Source of the DNA: Methanobacterium sp. PtaU1.Bin097
GTDB taxonomy: Archaea > Methanobacteriota > Methanobacteria > Methanobacteriales > Methanobacteriaceae
DNA length: 64,000 nucleotides
Assembly: GCA_002067325.1 (NCBI GenBank)
Contig: MVQY01000037.1
Location: 3,343 to 67,342, forward strand
Direction: 5' to 3'
The position numbers and the translations under genes were made by a program. Every line of letters starts with the position of its first letter. The stretch's first letter is position 1. This document shows positions 59,228 through 64,000 of the stretch, one piece after another. A model generated the notes under the pieces. That model ran no database searches, was not told the DNA's origin, and saw nothing but the letters and a program-made list of their open reading frames with translations.

Positions 59228-59293
59228 ATAGCCAGATAATTATTATACCATAGCCAGATAATTATTATACCAATGCTAGATAATTATTATACT
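59228..59293. repeat. 3 x 22-bp tandem repeat in the purC-purS spacer
   Basis: ATAGCCAGATAATTATTATACC (59228-59249), an identical copy (59250-59271), and AATGCTAGATAATTATTATACT (59272-59293). On the gene strand each unit carries TATAATAATTAT. Confidence 0.95.
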
Positions 59294-59298
59294 CTTAA

Positions 59299-60054
59299 TC
59301 AATTTGTGATGTCCTTAATATTCCATTTTTTCTTGTCTTCAATGTCCAGTATCCGGGATGCTACTTCCTGGTAGGCGTCCATCACACCGGTTTCTCCCTT
59401 TCTAAATAGGTCTTTATCCAGTACCTCGCAGGTTTCACTGTCCCAGAATCTGCAGGAATCAGGGCTGATCTCATCTCCCAAGATTATTTCGCCTTTATGG
59501 TTCCTGCCGAACTCGATTTTAAAGTCAGGGAAGGTGATCCCCTTTTTTAGTAGGAAGTCTTTAAGTACCTGGTTGATCTTCAGGGTTATCTTTCGGATTT
59601 CATCCAGTTCCTCCCTGGTGACGAAGCCCAGGGCTACGGCTATGTCGTCGTTTACCATGGGGTCGTGGAATTCATCGCTCTTATAGTCCATCTGTATAAT
59701 GGGTGGGTCGAATTCCTGCCGTTCCTGGAAGGGGAACTTTCGAAGCAGGCTTCCGGCGGCGATGTTCCTGGTTATAACCTCTAATGGTATCATATCCAGG
59801 CGGTGTGAGAGCATAACTCCAAGTTCCAGTAGTTCGATGTACTGGGTTTTAATCCCTGCTTCCTCCAGGACCTCGAAGAACTTCGCTGAAATTACGGAGT
59901 TGAAATGACCTTTATCCGTGAGTGTATCCTTTTTTTCACCATCTCCTGCCGTTATATCATCCCGGAATTTAACTATGACCACTTCAGGATCGTCTGTTTC
60001 GTACACACTCTTGGCTTTTCCTTGGTATATTAACTGGTGATCTTGTGGGTTCAT
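59299..60054 (-). CDS. purC: phosphoribosylaminoimidazole-succinocarboxamide synthase
   Basis: [11 protein letters not shown] start, [17 protein letters not shown] motifs. Confidence 0.95.
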   Translation of the reverse strand: MNPQDHQLIYQGKAKSVYETDDPEVVIVKFRDDITAGDGEKKDTLTDKGHFNSVISAKFFEVLEEAGIKTQYIELLELGVMLSHRLDMIPLEVITRNIAAGSLLRKFPFQERQEFDPPIIQMDYKSDEFHDPMVNDDIAVALGFVTREELDEIRKITLKINQVLKDFLLKKGITFPDFKIEFGRNHKGEIILGDEISPDSCRFWDSETCEVLDKDLFRKGETGVMDAYQEVASRILDIEDKKKWNIKDITN

Positions 60055-60268
60055 GGTGATACTCCCATTATTTAGTGGTAAGATTTTTTTTATCCAAAAA
60101 GTAATCTATTTTGGGCTTTAAATTGTGGAACTTTTAAACTGTGATATTTAATTTACTCATTATCAAATATTTATATACTTCTTAATTTACAATTAGTGAT
60201 ATTGACTAGGTTAAATGGAAATATAAATATTATTTGTTCAAATTTATTTGCAATCTTTGGTGAAAAAT

Positions 60269-62047
60269 ATGTGTGGTATCGTAGGATGCGTACTTAAGGA
60301 TGATGAAGCCGCACCAGTACTTCTAGAGTGTGTAGGAAAATTAGAATATAGAGGCTATGATTCGGTGGGTATAGCCACCTCGGACAGTGATATTAAAATC
60401 ATAAAGGATCAAGGTAAAATAGATAAATACAAGGAAAACCTGGATTTAAAAGAGCTACCCGGCAAATCAGGCATTGCCCATGTGAGATGGGCCACCCATG
60501 GCAGTCCCACTAAGGAAAACGCACACCCCCACACAGATTGTAAAAACAGGATAGCCGTGGTTCATAACGGGATCATTGAAAATTTTAAGGAATTAAAGAC
60601 AGAGCTTCTAAACTCAGGCCATAAATTTAAATCTGAAACTGATACTGAGATTATACCCCACTTAATTGAGGAATATATGGATGAGGGACAGGATCTGGAG
60701 GGAGCCATCCGTTCAACCACCCGGAGATTAATTGGTTCCTATGCCCTGGCAGTCATGTCCACAGATGAAACAGGCAAGATAATTGGTGTTAGGAAAGAAA
60801 GCCCACTCATCGTGGGGTTAGGAGAAGATGAATATTTCTTAGCATCTGATGTTCCTGCAGTCTTAAACCACACCAATCAGGTGATCTACCTTGATAACAG
60901 GGAAATGGCAATTCTGGATGGTAATGATGTCATCATTAAAAATTTAGATGGAGATATAATATCTAAGGAAGTCCACACCATTGAATGGACACCGGATATG
61001 GCTGAAAAAACAGGATATAATCATTTCATGCTTAAAGAGATACATGAACAGCCAGATGCGGTGAAAAACACCCTCATGGAAGAAAAAGAAATTAGAAACG
61101 TGATAGAGAAGTTCCCCAAATTCAGCAAGATATGCTTCGTGGCCTGCGGAACATCATATCATGCTTCTCTGGTTGGTAAATACCTCTTTGAAACACTGGT
61201 AGGCATACCTACAGATGTGATACTGGCATCGGAGTTTGAATATACATCGGGAGCTTTAGATAAGGATACGCTGGTAATATTCATCTCCCAATCAGGTGAG
61301 ACGGCCGATACCCTCAAGGCCCTGAAGATTGCCAATCGTAAATCACATACCCTGGCCATAGTAAATGTGGTGGGAAGCACCGCTACCAGAGAGGCTGAAC
61401 ATGTAATATTCACTAGAGCAGGGCCTGAAATAGGCGTAGCTGCTACTAAAACCTATATTAGCCAGTTAACTGCCATCTATCTCATGGCCATACTGATGAG
61501 CGGTAAAGAAGAGCTTCTCCAAACACTGGAAAAGATGCCGGATTATATGGAGGAAGCCTTAAAGAGTGAGGAACAGATAAAGGAAATTGCTGGGAAGTAC
61601 AAGGACACCACTGATTTCTTCTTCATTGGCAGGGGCTTCTCGTACCCTACTGCCATGGAAGGGGCTCTTAAACTAAAAGAAATTACTTACATCCACGGTG
61701 AGGGGTACGCTGCCGGAGAACTAAAACATGGGCCCCTGGCCCTGATAGATGAGGAGGTACCGGTAGTTGCAGTTACACCTCCTGGCAGTAGTCATGATAA
61801 GACCTTAAGCAACGTGGAAGAAGTTAAAGCCAGGTTTGCCCATGTGATAGCACTGGGTTCCCATGATGATGATGTTTTAAAGTCGGATTCTGATGAGTTT
61901 ATTGGCTTTCCAGATGAGATCAATGAGATGTTTTCTCCCCTTCCATACGTGATTCCGATGCAGCTTCTATCCTATTATATCAGTGTGGAAAGAGGTTTCG
62001 ATCCAGATAAACCAAAAAACCTGGCTAAATGCGTTACTGTAGAATAA
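60269..62047 (+). CDS. glmS: glutamine--fructose-6-phosphate aminotransferase (isomerizing)
   Basis: MCGIVG N-terminal nucleophile start, so ATG 60269 rather than the track's 60248. Two SIS domains. C-terminal [10 protein letters not shown]. Confidence 0.95.
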   Translation: MCGIVGCVLKDDEAAPVLLECVGKLEYRGYDSVGIATSDSDIKIIKDQGKIDKYKENLDLKELPGKSGIAHVRWATHGSPTKENAHPHTDCKNRIAVVHNGIIENFKELKTELLNSGHKFKSETDTEIIPHLIEEYMDEGQDLEGAIRSTTRRLIGSYALAVMSTDETGKIIGVRKESPLIVGLGEDEYFLASDVPAVLNHTNQVIYLDNREMAILDGNDVIIKNLDGDIISKEVHTIEWTPDMAEKTGYNHFMLKEIHEQPDAVKNTLMEEKEIRNVIEKFPKFSKICFVACGTSYHASLVGKYLFETLVGIPTDVILASEFEYTSGALDKDTLVIFISQSGETADTLKALKIANRKSHTLAIVNVVGSTATREAEHVIFTRAGPEIGVAATKTYISQLTAIYLMAILMSGKEELLQTLEKMPDYMEEALKSEEQIKEIAGKYKDTTDFFFIGRGFSYPTAMEGALKLKEITYIHGEGYAAGELKHGPLALIDEEVPVVAVTPPGSSHDKTLSNVEEVKARFAHVIALGSHDDDVLKSDSDEFIGFPDEINEMFSPLPYVIPMQLLSYYISVERGFDPDKPKNLAKCVTVE

Positions 62048-62164
62048 TCAGGCAGTTTCAAAAGGGGTTCAAACTCAACTATGGAAATTATAATAACCTA
62101 GAATATTATAATAGACATATAATTTACTAAAGTTTACAGGATATTCAATGAATGGTGATAAACT

Positions 62165-62440
62165 ATGAATCCTAAAAAAAGCGGGACAATCTTCATCGTG
62201 CTCATGATAGCCTTCGTTGCATTTGGAAGTGGATCCATTGCCGATGCTCTGAATTTAGATGGAGATGCCATAGTGAACTTAATTCCAGATAACTTCACCT
62301 CAATAAACCAGCAACAGATAACCCAGATTGATGATCCCTCATTTAAACCAGTACCGTTAACCACTCATGTTGTGGAAAACAACACCAACAGCACACCCCA
62401 TAATAATTCTACCAATGGGACCAATCAAATTACAGGATAA
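62165..62440 (+). CDS. small secreted or membrane-anchored protein with Asn/Thr-rich tail
   Basis: 91 aa. N-terminal hydrophobic segment (GTIFIVLMIAFVAFG). C-terminal NNTNSTPHNNSTNGTN contains several N-x-S/T sequons. No family recognised. Confidence 0.45.
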   Translation: MNPKKSGTIFIVLMIAFVAFGSGSIADALNLDGDAIVNLIPDNFTSINQQQITQIDDPSFKPVPLTTHVVENNTNSTPHNNSTNGTNQITG

Positions 62441-62539
62441 TAAAAATAGGATACTTTTTTAGAATATTTTTATTAGGATAGGTAGGTCTATTTACAGAAT
62501 TTAATGGAATAATCTGATATTTAACAATTTTATAAAAGA

Positions 62540-62590
62540 AATTAATCATTAAAAATTAAAAAAATTAACCATTTAATTAATCATTTAAAA
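62540..62590. promoter_or_regulatory. three copies of AATTAA(T/C)CATT(T)AAA upstream of the XRE-cupin regulator gene
   Basis: Copies at 62540-62554, 62563-62575 and 62575-62590. The last ends 16 nt before the ATG at 62607. Confidence 0.4.
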
Positions 62591-62606
62591 TATAAACAGT
62601 GATTCG

Positions 62607-63182
62607 ATGGCAGAGGATAATAAAATTGGTGAGAAAATTCGCCAGGTAAGAGAACGTAAGGAGATGTCAGTAGAGGAACTGGCAAAGGCCAGTGGAAACA
62701 GTGTGGAACTTATAGAAAGCCTGGAAGACGGGTCATATATCCCCTCCATGACCCCCTTATTCAAGATAGCAAGGGCATTAGGGGTGCGCCTGGGAACTTT
62801 TCTGGATGACATGCCCCAAACCGGACCTTTCCTGGTGAAGTCAGGACAGTCGGAGGAGGTAATTCACTTCACAGGGAGCATCAGCAACCTGGAAGAAAGT
62901 ACCCTTGATCTTTATTCCCTGGCATATGGGAAGGGCGACAGACATATGGAGCCCTTCATAGTGGATCTACATCCAAAAAGTGCCGATAAATACGAGTTAT
63001 CATCCCATGAAGGTGAAGAATTTATTTACGTCATGGGCGGCGAGATAGAACTTTGCTACGGCCAGGAAAAGTATGTGTTAGGTACGGGGGACAGCATATA
63101 CTACGATTCAGTTATACCACACGATCTACACGCCTACCAGAAGGACGCCAGAATACTGGCAGTGGTCTACGCACCATTATGA
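62607..63182 (+). CDS. XRE-family HTH transcriptional regulator with C-terminal cupin domain
   Basis: HTH_3 ([26 protein letters not shown]) plus a cupin ([16 protein letters not shown]...[12 protein letters not shown]). Confidence 0.88.
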   Translation: MAEDNKIGEKIRQVRERKEMSVEELAKASGNSVELIESLEDGSYIPSMTPLFKIARALGVRLGTFLDDMPQTGPFLVKSGQSEEVIHFTGSISNLEESTLDLYSLAYGKGDRHMEPFIVDLHPKSADKYELSSHEGEEFIYVMGGEIELCYGQEKYVLGTGDSIYYDSVIPHDLHAYQKDARILAVVYAPL

Positions 63183-63231
63183 TCATAAAAGAAAGATTTC
63201 ATGGATTAAACTATAATTAAAGAGGAATAAA

Positions 63232-63660
63232 ATGTTCACCATAAAGGTTACACCCCGATTTGGAGATGCCGATGGCCTGCGCCACATCAACAACATAGCA
63301 CTGGTAGAATGGTTTGAAGTAGGTAGAAATCCAATATTCCGTATATTTACTCCAGATCTGGATTTAAGCTATGAGAAATGGAGACTGATACTGGTAAGAA
63401 CAGAATTTGATTACATAGGCCAGATGTACTACGGTGAAGATGTGGAGATCAGAAGCTACATAACCAAGATCGGCAACACCTCATTCACCATCGGACACGA
63501 GGCCTGGCAACACGACGAGCTAAAAGCACGTGGAAAGGCAGTACTCGTCCATTACGACTTCATCGAAGGGAAATCAAAACCAATATCAGATTCCATCCGT
63601 AAATCCCTGGAAAAACATTTAGTTAAAGAGGATGAGCTGACCGGCGCCCCTGAAAATTAA
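63232..63660 (+). CDS. acyl-CoA thioesterase (4HBT hot-dog fold)
   Basis: V.PRFGDADGLRHINNIALVEWFE start is typical of YbgC/4HBT thioesterases. 142 aa. Confidence 0.82.
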   Translation: MFTIKVTPRFGDADGLRHINNIALVEWFEVGRNPIFRIFTPDLDLSYEKWRLILVRTEFDYIGQMYYGEDVEIRSYITKIGNTSFTIGHEAWQHDELKARGKAVLVHYDFIEGKSKPISDSIRKSLEKHLVKEDELTGAPEN

Positions 63661-63764
63661 ATAATAAGAACTTAAAGATGATAAGAACCCTGGAGATAAC
63701 AACAGATTACTCACTTAATAAAAGAGATTTAAAAACAGGTAAAAAGAGATAGAAGGTTTTAAAA

Positions 63765-64000
63765 ATGGTTTTTACTGAAGAAACTCTGGGGAACTTCTTG
63801 GAGGCCATGGTGGAAAAAAATCCCGATCAGGAATTCATGGTCTACCCTGACCGGGACTTACGCTTCACTTATAAAGAGTTTGATGAAAGAGCGAATCAAA
63901 TGGCCAAAGGTCTTCTGGAGATAGGAATAAAAAAGGGAGATCATGTGGGTATATGGGCGAAAAATGTACCCGACTGGCTCACCTATATGTTCGCCACCGC
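63765..64000 (+). CDS. AMP-dependent synthetase/ligase (acyl-CoA synthetase family); 3' end outside window
   Basis: N-terminus ...[41 protein letters not shown] is typical of adenylate-forming acyl-CoA ligases. Truncated by the window edge. Confidence 0.8.
   Translation, partial: MVFTEETLGNFLEAMVEKNPDQEFMVYPDRDLRFTYKEFDERANQMAKGLLEIGIKKGDHVGIWAKNVPDWLTYMFAT

Noticed and set aside
59228-59293. Possible CRISPR array; the same question applies to the other short tandem arrays.
   Set aside because: The units are directly adjacent with no unique spacers, are only 21-25 bp long with 2-6 copies, and no cas genes are nearby. They are tandem repeats, not CRISPR.
60055-60268. glmS ribozyme or other riboswitch upstream of glmS. 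Leaders of the cobalamin and purine genes were also considered.
   Set aside because: The region is AT-rich with no conserved-looking helices. The glmS ribozyme is a bacterial element. No riboswitch-like structured GC-containing leader was seen by eye before cobQ, cbiC or purC.

Overview
The window appears to be a chromosomal segment of a Methanobacteriales methanogen (Methanobacterium/Methanothermobacter-like). This is inferred from Mch, archaeal-type riboflavin synthase, an Mmp4/MtxX-like marker protein, a split family-B DNA polymerase, strong GGTGAT/GGAGG Shine-Dalgarno sites with frequent GTG/TTG starts, and very AT-rich spacers. I call about 80 protein genes and one tRNA-Ala(GGC); gene density is high.

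Content is mostly housekeeping:
- Transport: CaCA antiporter, USP-DASS permease-USP-TrkA.
- Tetrapyrrole/cobamide genes: cobQ, cbiC, hemL, hemD, cobA.
- Lon protease and a DEAD-box helicase.
- Hydrogenase maturation: hypA, hypB, hypE.
- A C1/flavin cluster: MetE-like, ThyA, Mch, RibC, plus a RibD-C reductase elsewhere.
- The archaeal exosome superoperon (L15e to prefoldin beta, 24.1-32.4 kb). It includes a 43-codon rpoP gene that the ORF track misses.
- Purine genes purC, purS, purQ; glmS; uppS; SRP19; a RecJ-like DHH protein.

I see no CRISPR array, rRNA, transposase, integrase or recognisable defence gene.

The least explained signals are:
1. Short tandem arrays (often ~22-bp period) recur whose first unit is the 3' end and stop codon of a gene.
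2. A ~130-bp repeat family lies in the largest non-coding gap (41.0-41.9 kb). Two direct copies bracket a Roadblock/LC7-V4R gene pair, and one diverged inverted copy gives a MITE-like arrangement.
3. A sortase fused to an extra N-terminal domain sits next to an unclassified wHTH-AAA+ ATPase.
4. The small subunit of a split PolB is present.

All family assignments come from reading motifs by eye. No database search, repeat finder or folding program was run. Percent identities are eye estimates.
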